A stretch of 64,000 nucleotides of DNA from Pontiella sp. (GCA_050290185.1 JBNKHE010000003.1:128001-192000), one strand, 5' to 3'. Shown: positions 30,694 through 40,686, numbered from the stretch's first letter. Notes: generated from the sequence alone by a model not told the origin. Translations and numbers: made by a program.

Positions 30694-31854
30694 TTGAAAA
30701 ATAGAAATCCATTTGCAAAGAAGGGCAAGGTGAACAAGGGTGCGCCCAGCGGTTTGGTGATCAGTTTGGCTTTGCACGCGCTGGCATTCTTTGTCGCAGG
30801 TTTGTTCGTGGTCTTCAAGGTCATGAATCCACCCGAACCCGAATTTGAGGCTCCGCCCCCGATCGAGCGTCCGAAAATGAAGCTCAAGAAACCCAAGGTA
30901 AAGGTTAAGAAGAGCTCCCAGCCCAAACCCTCGTCGCGCATTGTGGCAAAGGTCAAGTCGCGCGAAATGCCCGAGATCCAGTTGCCGGACCTGATGGGTA
31001 CCGGAGAAGGACTCCTCGGCGGTACCGGGGTTGGTGGAGAGTTTATGGATCTACCTGAAATCGGACAAATGAGCCTCTTTGGCGGTGGCGTATCCAGTGG
31101 AAACGATTTTGAAGTAAGGTTCTACTGCATGAAGCGGAATAGAGATGGTTCTGAGAATGCGAGGATGTCTCATTCGAACTATTTTAGTATTTTAAGGAAA
31201 TTTGTGAAGGACGGATGGAATACTTCCCTGCTTTCTAGGTATTACCAATCACCCAAGAAACTCTACGCAACGACCATATTTATTCCAATTGTGACCTCCT
31301 GCATGGGACCCGTTGCCTTTGGCGAAAGTCATGAAAATGCGGCATGCTGGGTGGCGCACTACCACGGAAAAATCGTCCACAAAGAAGGGATTACCTTTCG
31401 GTTTTGGGGTATAAGCGATGATGTGCTTACCGTAGCTATTGATGGCAAGGTGGTTCTGGCGGCCAACTTCCCTTGGGATGGCGTAGATGGCTATACGATT
31501 GCTCAGGAATGGTGGGGGAATGAGGCTCCTGGAAGTCGGGGCATGCTTTTTGGAGATGGAAAACTTAAAATGGCCGACAGTGCGTGTGTTGGAAGTCCTT
31601 GGATCACCTTAGAGCCGGGAGAGGCTCATGACTTTGATGCGATAGCAGGGGAAGGGCCCGGCGGGGAGTTTTATGCCATGTTGATGGTGGAGGTTCAGGG
31701 AGAAGACTATGAAATGAATGAATATGGTCAGCCAATGTACCCCGTCTTTGCATTGGAGCCACTTTCCTGGGAACTGCAGGATTCCATCCTGATGAATTTA
31801 TATAAAGATGAAGCCAACGTGACCAACGTTACAACCTTTTTCAACGATCTCTAA
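30694..31854 (+). CDS. Membrane-anchored protein with TonB-like N-terminus and PA14-like C-terminal region
   Basis: TTG start. TM LVISLALHAL, Pro/Lys-rich linker, and FRFWGISDDVLTVAIDGKVV resembling a PA14 core. Confidence 0.65.
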   Translation: MKNRNPFAKKGKVNKGAPSGLVISLALHALAFFVAGLFVVFKVMNPPEPEFEAPPPIERPKMKLKKPKVKVKKSSQPKPSSRIVAKVKSREMPEIQLPDLMGTGEGLLGGTGVGGEFMDLPEIGQMSLFGGGVSSGNDFEVRFYCMKRNRDGSENARMSHSNYFSILRKFVKDGWNTSLLSRYYQSPKKLYATTIFIPIVTSCMGPVAFGESHENAACWVAHYHGKIVHKEGITFRFWGISDDVLTVAIDGKVVLAANFPWDGVDGYTIAQEWWGNEAPGSRGMLFGDGKLKMADSACVGSPWITLEPGEAHDFDAIAGEGPGGEFYAMLMVEVQGEDYEMNEYGQPMYPVFALEPLSWELQDSILMNLYKDEANVTNVTTFFNDL

Positions 31855-31918
31855 TGTCCATACTGTGCATTCAGTGTGAAAATTACTTATTTTAAGGCTA
31901 TGTTAAAGGAATGATCGA

Positions 31919-32692
31919 ATGAACAAGATATACGAATCGGTGTTTGTGTTATTGTTAGTTGCTTACTGTTCCCATGCAGAAATGCGTGCCTGGACGAGCA
32001 AGAGCGGAAAGGTCATTGAGGGAGAATATGTATCGGTGATCTTTGACAATGTACAACTCAAAGACGCAAATGGGGATTTGGTGAAGATTCCCTTGGATCA
32101 ATTCAGCGATGCAGATCGCGCTTACATAGAGCTGTTAAATCCCCCCACTCTTTCCATCGACTATCAAGAATCCGCGCAACCAAGAGAATTTACCGCCGAT
32201 CCGTGGTTCGCCAACGGTGGGGGCAGTCAAATTTTAAATCATCCTATATACTTGATGGATGCATCCTTTGGAGCACTGATAAAACAAAAATCATCCAAAA
32301 AATATAATCATGACTTAACCGTTGAGATGTATATACTTACCGAACAGAATCTGGATCCGGATAAGTATCATATAATCGGGAAGGTTAAGAGTGAACCATT
32401 CCGGTTGACCAAGGAAAATAAGTTTCGCCATGTTTATACTACGCCGGAAACATACAAAATTATTTATTATAATTTATACAGTTCATGGAAGCGTGGAGAA
32501 AAACCAAGCAAATACCTGATACTGGTGCGCGATGAGCTGGGCAATATCATTGAGCACAAGGGCCGGAGTGAATGGCTCTTCAAGAACCTTGATAAACTGG
32601 AAAAGCTTCCGGTCGGTGCATGGATAAACGACAAATGTATTCGCGTTCATCCTACCTCTCCTCCGCGAACCCGTCGGGATCAAACAAACTAG
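31919..32692 (+). CDS. Exported protein with SHD1-like N-terminal domain
   Basis: Signal peptide followed by RAWTSKSGKVIEG...IPLDQFSDADRAYI, which fits the SHD1 pattern. Confidence 0.7.
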   Translation: MNKIYESVFVLLLVAYCSHAEMRAWTSKSGKVIEGEYVSVIFDNVQLKDANGDLVKIPLDQFSDADRAYIELLNPPTLSIDYQESAQPREFTADPWFANGGGSQILNHPIYLMDASFGALIKQKSSKKYNHDLTVEMYILTEQNLDPDKYHIIGKVKSEPFRLTKENKFRHVYTTPETYKIIYYNLYSSWKRGEKPSKYLILVRDELGNIIEHKGRSEWLFKNLDKLEKLPVGAWINDKCIRVHPTSPPRTRRDQTN

Positions 32693-32892
32693 CTGTCTCC
32701 TTGTCGGGAAAGGTTTCATTTTTCCTTCATGGGCTGGTGCCCGGGGTAATCGCCGGGATCCCTCCGTGGTATGGGAATCCATCATGAACTGATGAGCATG
32801 GGCCTGCGATCGCATAGGCGGGAATTTGGCTTGAGTCGAAAGGCCAAATCACTATGGTTGCGCTTCATTTTTAAGGATTGGAACTGAAGCGT

Positions 32893-34194
32893 ATGAAAGA
32901 GATCAAAATCGGTATTCTCGGGTTCGGCACGGTCGGCGCCGGTGTGGTGGAAGGTATTCAGAAAAACGGGACACTGATGGCCGAGCGAACCGGCATCGTA
33001 CCAGTGGTCGCCCGTATTGCGGACCTCGATATAGAGAGTTATCGGGGGGTCATGGTTCCCGAAGGTGTATTGACCACCGATGCCATGGGCGTCATTCAGG
33101 ATCCCGAAATCGATTTGATTGTCGAGCTGGTGGGCGGAACCACCGTTGCGCGCACTTTTACGCTGGCGGCCCTGAAACAGGGTAAGCCGGTCATTACGGC
33201 CAATAAAGCGCTTCTGGCCGATCATGGTGAGGACCTCTACAAAACCGCCCGGGAAAACAATACGGGCATTTACTATGAAGCTGCCGTGGGAGGCGGGATT
33301 CCCATTCTGCGTTCCCAGCGCGCCGGCCTTATAGGCAACCGCATCGAAAGTATCTATGGCATCCTGAACGGCACCTGCAACTATATCCTGACGCGCATGG
33401 AGCGCGAGGGGCTTCCCTTCGATACGATTCTGGCCGATGCCCAGCAACTCGGCTATGCCGAAACCCCGCCGGATCTGGATATTGACGGGATCGACACGGC
33501 GCATAAAGCAGTGGTGCTTGCTTCGATGGCCTATGGCGCGCCGGTGCCTATGAGTGCATGTCCCACTCTGGGGATTCGCGGTCTGGATGAATCCGAAATT
33601 GCCAACGCCGCCGAGCTGGGCTACCGAATCAAGCTGTTGGCCATCATCAAGGACAGCAACGGCGAAGTGGAGCTTTCTGTTGAACCGACCTTGGTTCCGC
33701 GTGAGCATATGGTGGCTTCGGTCAGCGATTCGTTCAATGCCGTTTTTGTGAAGGGCGATATTGTCGACGACACGATGTACTATGGTCGCGGCGCCGGCCG
33801 CCTGCCGACCGGCAGCGCGGTCATCGGCGATATCATGGAAGCAGCCGGCGACAGGCTTAACGAGGTCGGGGTTCCGGTAAGCGTAACCATGATGCTTCAG
33901 AACGAGACGCTGACCTACTGTTCGGCCGAAAACATCGTAAAACGCTGTTATATCCGGTTGAATCTTGAAGACAAGCCGGGCGCCATGGCGCAGGTGATGA
34001 CCATCCTTGGCAATCATAATATCAGCATTGCTTCCGTTGTTCAGAAGGAACGGCACCCGGAGGGGTATGCCCCGGTCGTCATTCTGACTCAGGATGCCAA
34101 GGAGTCCGAGTTCAAGGCTGCGATTGTGGAAATCGAAGCGCTTCCGGTATGTTCCTACCCGCCGGTCCGTATGCGCCTCGAAGACTTCGAATAA
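32893..34194 (+). CDS. hom: Homoserine dehydrogenase (with C-terminal ACT domain)
   Basis: GFGTVG, TANKA, EAAVGGGIP, GILNGTCNYIL, GRGAG and ACT motif EDKPGAMA. Confidence 0.95.
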   Translation: MKEIKIGILGFGTVGAGVVEGIQKNGTLMAERTGIVPVVARIADLDIESYRGVMVPEGVLTTDAMGVIQDPEIDLIVELVGGTTVARTFTLAALKQGKPVITANKALLADHGEDLYKTARENNTGIYYEAAVGGGIPILRSQRAGLIGNRIESIYGILNGTCNYILTRMEREGLPFDTILADAQQLGYAETPPDLDIDGIDTAHKAVVLASMAYGAPVPMSACPTLGIRGLDESEIANAAELGYRIKLLAIIKDSNGEVELSVEPTLVPREHMVASVSDSFNAVFVKGDIVDDTMYYGRGAGRLPTGSAVIGDIMEAAGDRLNEVGVPVSVTMMLQNETLTYCSAENIVKRCYIRLNLEDKPGAMAQVMTILGNHNISIASVVQKERHPEGYAPVVILTQDAKESEFKAAIVEIEALPVCSYPPVRMRLEDFE

Positions 34195-34295
34195 AAAAAT
34201 GCCGCCTGGCCATTCGCTCAACTACATGGAATCCTAGCGGGCAGGCTAGGCGTATTATTCATATATAGCCTATATTTTAAGGAAGGTAAGTTGAT

Positions 34296-35645
34296 ATGAA
34301 AGTTGTAAAATTTGGCGGTTCATCTGTCGCAAACGCAGAACAGATTTCCAAGGTTATCGATATTGTGACGTCCGACGCAGATCGACGGGTTGTCGTGGTG
34401 TCGGCTCCCGGCAAGCGAAGCGGCGATGATACCAAGGTGACTGATCTGCTGATTGCTCTGGCCAACACGGTCATCGAGAATGGCGACTATGAAGCTGCCC
34501 TGCAGGCTGTGGTTGGCCGGTATGCCGAAATCCAGCACGATCTGGATCTGCCGGAAGATATCATTACAACGATCGAATTCGACCTGCGCGGACGTATCGA
34601 GTCCCGCGGCGAGCATCTTCTCCAGTTTATGGACGACATAAAGTCCTCCGGCGAGGATAATAATGCAAAGATAATCGCTGCAGCCTTTGTGGCCAAGGGC
34701 CATCCCGCAAGGTATGTCAATCCGGGTGAGGCCGGCATGCTGTTGAGTGATGAATTCGGCAATGCGGAAGTCCTTCCCGAATCCTACGAAAAGCTGGAAG
34801 CACTGAAGGATGCCTCCGAGATCATTGTGTTTCCCGGATTCTTCGGCAGTACGAAGTCCGGCGAGGTGGCGACCTTTCCCCGCGGCGGGTCTGACATCAC
34901 AGGAGCTATCCTGTCGGCTGCCGTTAAGGCCGATGTCTATGAAAACTTTACCGATGTGGATTCAGTCTATGCCATGGATCCGCGTATTATGCCGAGCGCG
35001 CCGGCCATCGAACTGATGACGTACCGCGAAATGCGGGAACTTTCCTATGCCGGCTTCGGGGTCTTCCACGACGAGGCGATCATCCCGGCGGTTCATGCCC
35101 AGATTCCGATTTGCATCAAGAACACCAACCGTCCGGAAATGCCGGGTACATTGATTGTTCCTGAGCGAAAATTCGAGCAGACCGAGGTGGTGGGGATCTC
35201 CAGTGCCGACGGCTTCTGTTCCATCTATATCGACAAGTACATGATGAACCGGGAAATCGGTTTCGGTCGACGCTTGCTTCAAATTCTCGAAGAAGAAGAG
35301 ATCTCATTTGAGCATACACCGTCCGGGATCGATAACATGTCGGTGATTCTTCAGTCCTCGGAACTGGGTGCCGATAAGGAGAAGCTGGTGGTCGACCGGG
35401 TCATGCAAGAGCTTAAGCCGGATAATGTTACTCTGGAGCATGGGCTTTCGCTGATTATGGTCGTGGGCGAAGGCATGCACTACGCGGTCGGCATGGCGGC
35501 CCGTGCCACCAGTGCACTTGGCGACGCGGGGGTAAACATTGAAATGATCAACCAGGGGGCCTCTGAAATCAGCATGATGTTTGCCGTCAAGGAGCTGGAT
35601 CGCAAGAAGGCCGTACTTGCCCTTGGAAACGCATTTTTCAACTGA
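34296..35645 (+). CDS. lysC: Aspartate kinase
   Basis: KFGGSS, VVSAPG, RGGSDITG, TDVD and two ACT domains. Confidence 0.93.
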   Translation: MKVVKFGGSSVANAEQISKVIDIVTSDADRRVVVVSAPGKRSGDDTKVTDLLIALANTVIENGDYEAALQAVVGRYAEIQHDLDLPEDIITTIEFDLRGRIESRGEHLLQFMDDIKSSGEDNNAKIIAAAFVAKGHPARYVNPGEAGMLLSDEFGNAEVLPESYEKLEALKDASEIIVFPGFFGSTKSGEVATFPRGGSDITGAILSAAVKADVYENFTDVDSVYAMDPRIMPSAPAIELMTYREMRELSYAGFGVFHDEAIIPAVHAQIPICIKNTNRPEMPGTLIVPERKFEQTEVVGISSADGFCSIYIDKYMMNREIGFGRRLLQILEEEEISFEHTPSGIDNMSVILQSSELGADKEKLVVDRVMQELKPDNVTLEHGLSLIMVVGEGMHYAVGMAARATSALGDAGVNIEMINQGASEISMMFAVKELDRKKAVLALGNAFFN

Positions 35646-35731
35646 TTTAAGCGCCAATGGATCTTGGTCGATTTTTTGACATTAGGCCGTTGACTCGCCC
35701 TTGGTGGATAAGTATACATTACGCCCTTCAC

Positions 35732-35818
35732 GCACCCGTGGTGAAATTGGTAGACACGCAAGATTCAGGTTCTTGTGCCAGCAATGGCGTGATGGTTCGA
35801 CTCCATTCGGGTGCACCA
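35732..35818 (+). tRNA. tRNA-Leu(CAG)
   Basis: GCACCCG/CGGGTGC acceptor stem, D-loop TGGTAGAC, anticodon stem CAAGA/TCTTG with loop TT-CAG-GT, long variable arm, GTTCGA T-loop and encoded CCA. Confidence 0.95.
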
Positions 35819-35823
35819 CTTTG

Positions 35824-35854
35824 AAAAAACCCAGTCTTCGGACTGGGTTTTTTT
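35824..35854 (+). terminator. Intrinsic terminator after tRNA-Leu
   Basis: AAAAAA-CCCAGTC-TTCG-GACTGGG-TTTTTTT. Confidence 0.88.
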
Positions 35855-35943
35855 GTGTTCAAGAGGGCGAAATCAGCGGAAAACGTTTTTATGCGCCGAG
35901 GAAAAGCGGTATGTTTCCGGCTCATTTTTTCAGGAGGACTGCG

Positions 35944-38055
35944 ATGGATTTGGATATGGTTAACGAAGAGTGGTTTTTGGGTCAGTTGGAATCGGCCGAA
36001 ACCGACACGACGGAAATGGTTGAAACGTTTGGATTGATGGTGGATGCCGGACGTTCTGGCGAGGCCGATGAATGGGCGCAAAAGCTGTTCCAGAAGCTGG
36101 CTGAAGACGACCAGGTAGACCGAGCCCTTGAAGTCCTGGAATGGATGGCCGGTGTTCGCGGCATAATCAGCGATACAAAAGCATCGGTGGAAAAACTGCT
36201 GTCCAAGGACCGCAACGCGCTCAAGATGGTTGAACCGGCCGGTTTCGGCGGCAGTGTTCCGACCTCCAAATGTTTCAAGCACTTGCGTCACCTGCGTTCT
36301 CTCAAGACGGGTATGCTTTGCTACAACGAAACCTGGGGGTTCGGTGTTATCGAGCACATCGATTTCTTCTATCAGCAGCTTGAAATTGATTTCGAGGGAA
36401 AGGGCGATCACGAGATGGCCTTCAGCTATGCTGCCGAGGCTCTTGAAGTTCTTGACGACGCGCATATCCTGGCCGTCAAGCACAACAACCCTGCAGAGCT
36501 CGAGCGCCTCATTGCTGAAGATCCTGCAGAAGTGGTACGCATGGCCCTGCACAGCTATGGGACCATGTCGGTAGCCCGGCTGATTGAAAAGCTGGTTCCA
36601 TCGGTCGTATCTGAACCCGGCTGGAAAAAGTTCTGGGAAGGGGCTCGTCGGGAGCTCAAGAACGATGCTTCGATAGAGATTCCCAAGAAACGTTCCGATA
36701 ATATCGTGTTCCATAAAAAAGGACTTTCCTATGACGATGGCTGGTTCAAGCTGATCGCTGATGAGCGGGATATCGAAAAGCTGTTCGGGCGTTTCAATGA
36801 GATCGTCGAAAAGAAGATCGACACTTCCAGCGAGTACGCACAGTCAACGCTGTCCGACCGGCTAACCTTCATCATCAAAGGGGCTCCGTCGGCCCGTCCC
36901 GAATGGAAGGCCGAAGGATTCATCTATGCCCGTACGTTCGGGATCGAGCCCTCGGGGCTGGATACAACCCGGCTGATTCATGACCTGATCGAGGGCGATC
37001 TGGTGACCACCCTCGACCGGTTGCCTGCCCGCCAGCTTCAGGCTCTGCTGGCCATTCTCATTGAAAGCGACAAGGAGGCCGTTGTGGCCACCCTGAGCGA
37101 AGTCATTCCCGTGGTCAGCCATCCCGTACTGAATGAAGTCATGTCTTCGCTCATAGCGAATGGGGCCGAGGATGCGGTTCGCGAAATCATGGCTTCGGCT
37201 GTGGCCCGCCGCACCGCCAGTGCTCCGATGCTATTGTGGTGCCAACGGTCTACGGAGCATGTTCAGAAATGGGATCTGATTTCCAAAGGCGATCTGGCAT
37301 TCCGTATTCAAGAGGCGCTCGAAGTTAATGGGGCCGGCGCCATGCTGCGCGCCCAAAACCAGTTGCGCGAGCGGTTCCAGCAGGAGGATTGGCTGCACGA
37401 TGTGATGGATGCCATGACCGAGCAGCAACGCCGCGACTTTATGCGCCGTATCCACGAAGGCCACGGATGGGATGTGCTGGACCGCAAATCGGTGGTTGCC
37501 AAGGTGCTTCGTAAATTCCCGGAACTGCAGGATATCATTCTTCCGTCGGCCGCATCGACACAGCGCAAGGAAGTTCCGATGACTTCCACACGCAGCTATA
37601 CCGCGAAGCAGAAACATCTTGAGCGGATCATGACCGTGGAGATTCCCGAAAACTCCAAGGAGATCGAAGTGGCCCGTAGCTATGGCGACTTGCGCGAAAA
37701 CGCCGAATTCAAGTATGCCAAGGAACGTCAAGGATTGCTGATGGCACAGGGTGCGCAACTGGCCGAGGATCTGGAACGTGTAAAGCCGACCGATTTCGCC
37801 GATAGCGCCACGGATGTGGTAGGTAGCGGTTGCGGTGTCGAGCTGGCCTACGAAGGTGGAAACACCGAAACCTTCTTTATCCTCGGGGTATGGGACCAGG
37901 ACGAAGCCCTGTCGATCATTTCCTCTGAAACGCGCCTGGCCAAAGCCTTGATGGGGCACAAGGCCGGCGACAAGGTTGAGATTCCCGCCGGTGAATGCGA
38001 AATCTCGGCGGTTCTTCCCCTGTCGGAGTCCATTCGACTTTGGATTAAAGGATAG
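35944..38055 (+). CDS. greA: Long-form GreA transcription elongation factor (703 aa)
   Basis: C-terminal ARSYGDLRENAEFKYAKE and IISSETRLAKALMG after a ~550-aa helical extension. AGGAGG RBS before ATG 35944. Confidence 0.85.
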   Translation: MDLDMVNEEWFLGQLESAETDTTEMVETFGLMVDAGRSGEADEWAQKLFQKLAEDDQVDRALEVLEWMAGVRGIISDTKASVEKLLSKDRNALKMVEPAGFGGSVPTSKCFKHLRHLRSLKTGMLCYNETWGFGVIEHIDFFYQQLEIDFEGKGDHEMAFSYAAEALEVLDDAHILAVKHNNPAELERLIAEDPAEVVRMALHSYGTMSVARLIEKLVPSVVSEPGWKKFWEGARRELKNDASIEIPKKRSDNIVFHKKGLSYDDGWFKLIADERDIEKLFGRFNEIVEKKIDTSSEYAQSTLSDRLTFIIKGAPSARPEWKAEGFIYARTFGIEPSGLDTTRLIHDLIEGDLVTTLDRLPARQLQALLAILIESDKEAVVATLSEVIPVVSHPVLNEVMSSLIANGAEDAVREIMASAVARRTASAPMLLWCQRSTEHVQKWDLISKGDLAFRIQEALEVNGAGAMLRAQNQLRERFQQEDWLHDVMDAMTEQQRRDFMRRIHEGHGWDVLDRKSVVAKVLRKFPELQDIILPSAASTQRKEVPMTSTRSYTAKQKHLERIMTVEIPENSKEIEVARSYGDLRENAEFKYAKERQGLLMAQGAQLAEDLERVKPTDFADSATDVVGSGCGVELAYEGGNTETFFILGVWDQDEALSIISSETRLAKALMGHKAGDKVEIPAGECEISAVLPLSESIRLWIKG

Positions 38056-38076
38056 TCACCTGAACGGCGGTTGTCT

Positions 38077-39624
38077 ATGGATCTGGATCTGACTCCCCGG
38101 AAGTATAAGAAGAAAAAAGCGCCGAGGCGCTACCGGACGCCCCGCATACTGAAGAACTGGAACAATCCGTTCCAGTTGGCCATTCTCGGCGTGGCGCTGG
38201 CGGCCTTCGTCGGCTCCTCCGTGGTGGAACGGGTCAAGAGTCGCAACGCCTATACCAGGCAGTTTTCCCTTGCCTCGCGATTGGCCGACGATGTGGCGGC
38301 GTTGGATGAGCAGGTGCTTGCGACTTATCGTGACTTGCAAGCGGTAGTCGACGGGGTGGTGCTGAAGGAGAAATCGGAACAGGAAATTGCACTGGAAAAC
38401 CGGCTGACCGCGCTGAACCGTCAGTTGGACGATGACTATAAGCAGGTGAATGCCTGTTTTTATGCAATGCCGTCCCGTTATCAGTCAAAGTACGAGGTAC
38501 TGCAGTGGTTTATCGATTTTACGCGCGGTTGCATCGAAACTGCTCTCGCAGAGAAAAATTATGAACAGGCTCGACTCTGGTTCAACGATTCCGATCTCAA
38601 TATTCATTTAACGAACCTACAGGCAAGGGTTGAAGGAAAAGGATCCCTTGAAATCCGGGTGGACGACCAGATGGAGGAAGCGGTGGTCATTCCGGTAAAG
38701 TCGGATGGCCCCCGTCTTGTGCCTTGCGACCCGCTCCGGAAGGGTCGCGAATTTCCCCTTGTTGCTTCCGATATCGAGACAGGCTCCTATCTGGTTTGGA
38801 TTACTCTTACCAACGGTACTTTTTCTATTTTTCCCGTCTATGTTGACCATGGAGAACAGAAGCAAGTTGCACTCGTTGCTCCGGGCACGGTTCCCGAGGG
38901 CATGGCCTATGTCCCCGCCGGGCTGTTTTTTTGTGGAGGTGAGGAATCGACAATCTACCGGTATCACCGTAGCGAGCTCCCCGCATTTTTCATAAAGAAG
39001 AAAGAGGTGACCGTAGGCGAATACCTCGAATTCTGGAACCGTCTGGATGACGCCGCAATGAAAGCGGCATGCATGAGCCGGATTCGGTTTGATGATGACA
39101 GCCCATTGCAGAATGCATGGGATGCAAACGGACAGTTGCTGGATGCGCGTTTAAGTCCCGACTATCCCGTGGTCGGTATCACCATTGATGCGGCGGCAGC
39201 ATATTGCGACTGGCTGGGGGCCAGGCTGGAAAAGATTGTTCGACTACCCACTGCGGATGAGTGGGAAAAAGCGGCCCGTGGAGTCGATGGGCGTACCTAT
39301 CCATGGGGCTACGGGTTCCTCCCGGAAGTCGATCTGGCCCTTTGCATGGATAATCCGAAGGGGAAGCAGGAGTATCCGTTATGGGCTCCTCCCGGAAGCT
39401 TCCGGCGCGATGTCTCCGTTTACAACGTTTTCGATATGGCGGGTAATGTGCGTGAGCTGACTTCGACGCCTTGGCCCGGCCGGGAAGGTGTCATGCAGAT
39501 CAAGGGCGGCAGTGCTTTCACATCGTCTGCGAGTCTCCCCTGTGCGTATGCTTCGGATTCGTTTTCCGGGCCTAGTGATGTTGGGTTCCGTTACGTGATT
39601 GAATGGTTGGGAGAAGAACAATGA
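38077..39624 (+). CDS. Membrane-anchored FGE-sulfatase (SUMF1/EgtB/PvdO) domain protein
   Basis: TM and coiled coil, then EVTVGEY, PVVGI, RLPTADEWEKAARG, YPWG, DMAGNVRE and VGFR. Confidence 0.82.
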   Translation: MDLDLTPRKYKKKKAPRRYRTPRILKNWNNPFQLAILGVALAAFVGSSVVERVKSRNAYTRQFSLASRLADDVAALDEQVLATYRDLQAVVDGVVLKEKSEQEIALENRLTALNRQLDDDYKQVNACFYAMPSRYQSKYEVLQWFIDFTRGCIETALAEKNYEQARLWFNDSDLNIHLTNLQARVEGKGSLEIRVDDQMEEAVVIPVKSDGPRLVPCDPLRKGREFPLVASDIETGSYLVWITLTNGTFSIFPVYVDHGEQKQVALVAPGTVPEGMAYVPAGLFFCGGEESTIYRYHRSELPAFFIKKKEVTVGEYLEFWNRLDDAAMKAACMSRIRFDDDSPLQNAWDANGQLLDARLSPDYPVVGITIDAAAAYCDWLGARLEKIVRLPTADEWEKAARGVDGRTYPWGYGFLPEVDLALCMDNPKGKQEYPLWAPPGSFRRDVSVYNVFDMAGNVRELTSTPWPGREGVMQIKGGSAFTSSASLPCAYASDSFSGPSDVGFRYVIEWLGEEQ

Positions 39625-40643
39625 TACGTATTTCCGCTAAGTCTGAACACGCGGCAAAAGCCCTGGCTCTGGTTGAATCGTTGCAGCAACGTTTTGTAGC
39701 GGGGTTGGAAATGCTGGGAGGGGACGCCTTCGAGCGTGTCGAATGGTATCGCGACGAAGGCCTGCATGGCGGCGGGCAACGCTTTGGCGTCTCAGATGTC
39801 TCTTTGTTTGGCCGTGCTTCCGTAAATGTTTCTCAGGTTCAGTACGAAGACGATCCCGGCCGCCAGCTCGGTTCGGCTTCGGCGATCTCCACGATCGTTC
39901 ACCCGAATCATCCGCTGGCCCCTTCCGTTCATATCCACATCAGCTGGACCGAGCAAAAGGGCGGTGCCGGATACTGGCGCGTCATGGCCGACCTTAATCC
40001 GTCCATCCCGGATGACGCGGATACGGAACGTTTTACGGATGCGTTGCGGCAGGCCGCACCGGAGCAATTTGACGAAGCAACGGAGCAGGGAAACCGCTAT
40101 TTTTTCATTCCGTCCCTGGAGCGGCATCGCGGGGTGGTCCACTTCTATCTCGAAAACTATAATACCGGCAGTTTCGCGACTGATCACGATCTCGCTCACC
40201 GTGTAGGCGAGGCCGCCATCGACACCTATCTTTCCATTCTGAAAAAGGCCGTCCATGATGCGTCGGAGCCAACCGAAAAACAGCGGGCGGTGCAACTAGC
40301 TTACCACACGCTCTATTTTCTGCAGGTTCTCACCCTCGATCGCGGCACGACCACTGGCCTGATCGTACACGACCAGAATGACATCGGAATTCTCGGCTCC
40401 CTGCCGCCACGCATCGATAAAAACCTGCTTTCTTCATGGCGTTCACGCATGGTTAATCCGCAGGATCGTCTTCTGGATCAGTTGCTTTCTGCATTGCCCA
40501 ATCAAGGTGTCTGTACCATCGATGAAGAAGTTAAGCAGCAACTTGCCGATGCGGTTCGTGCACACTACAAGGCCTATCCCGAATCGCTCGATCTCCAGGC
40601 ATCTGGAAACTCCACGCCACCCACCATCGACAATCATCGATAA
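39621..40643 (+). CDS. hemF: Coproporphyrinogen III oxidase, oxygen-dependent type (divergent)
   Basis: GGG, RASVNVSQV, ISTIVHPNHPLAPSVH, DLNP, YFFIP...HRGV and DRGT motifs. Confidence 0.78.
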   Translation: MIRISAKSEHAAKALALVESLQQRFVAGLEMLGGDAFERVEWYRDEGLHGGGQRFGVSDVSLFGRASVNVSQVQYEDDPGRQLGSASAISTIVHPNHPLAPSVHIHISWTEQKGGAGYWRVMADLNPSIPDDADTERFTDALRQAAPEQFDEATEQGNRYFFIPSLERHRGVVHFYLENYNTGSFATDHDLAHRVGEAAIDTYLSILKKAVHDASEPTEKQRAVQLAYHTLYFLQVLTLDRGTTTGLIVHDQNDIGILGSLPPRIDKNLLSSWRSRMVNPQDRLLDQLLSALPNQGVCTIDEEVKQQLADAVRAHYKAYPESLDLQASGNSTPPTIDNHR

Positions 40644-40686
40644 CAGTTATTGCCGAAAGCGCGCACGAGCCTGCGTTTGGTTGGTC

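Noticed and set aside
32693..32892. Hammerhead ribozyme (CTGATGA...GAAA) or SAM/lysine riboswitch upstream of hom
   Set aside because: Stem II does not pair and the riboswitch core motifs are absent. Only generic hairpins are present. An Infernal scan would settle it.
32782..34221. 479-aa minus-strand ORF, and similar long antisense ORFs such as 4109-5182, 35728-36714 and 48401-49591
   Set aside because: They lie opposite well-supported genes and have no recognisable motifs. They are shadow ORFs expected from GC-rich codon usage.
35732..35854. tRNA-Leu as an integration site for an island
   Set aside because: No integrase nearby and no duplicated tRNA 3' end was noticed. The flanks are housekeeping genes.
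35701..35943. N-terminal extension of the greA ORF in the ORF track
   Set aside because: It overlaps tRNA-Leu and its terminator. The RBS-supported start is 35944.
38900..39624. FGE/C-type-lectin-fold domain as a diversity-generating retroelement target
   Set aside because: No reverse transcriptase or template repeat was seen in the window.
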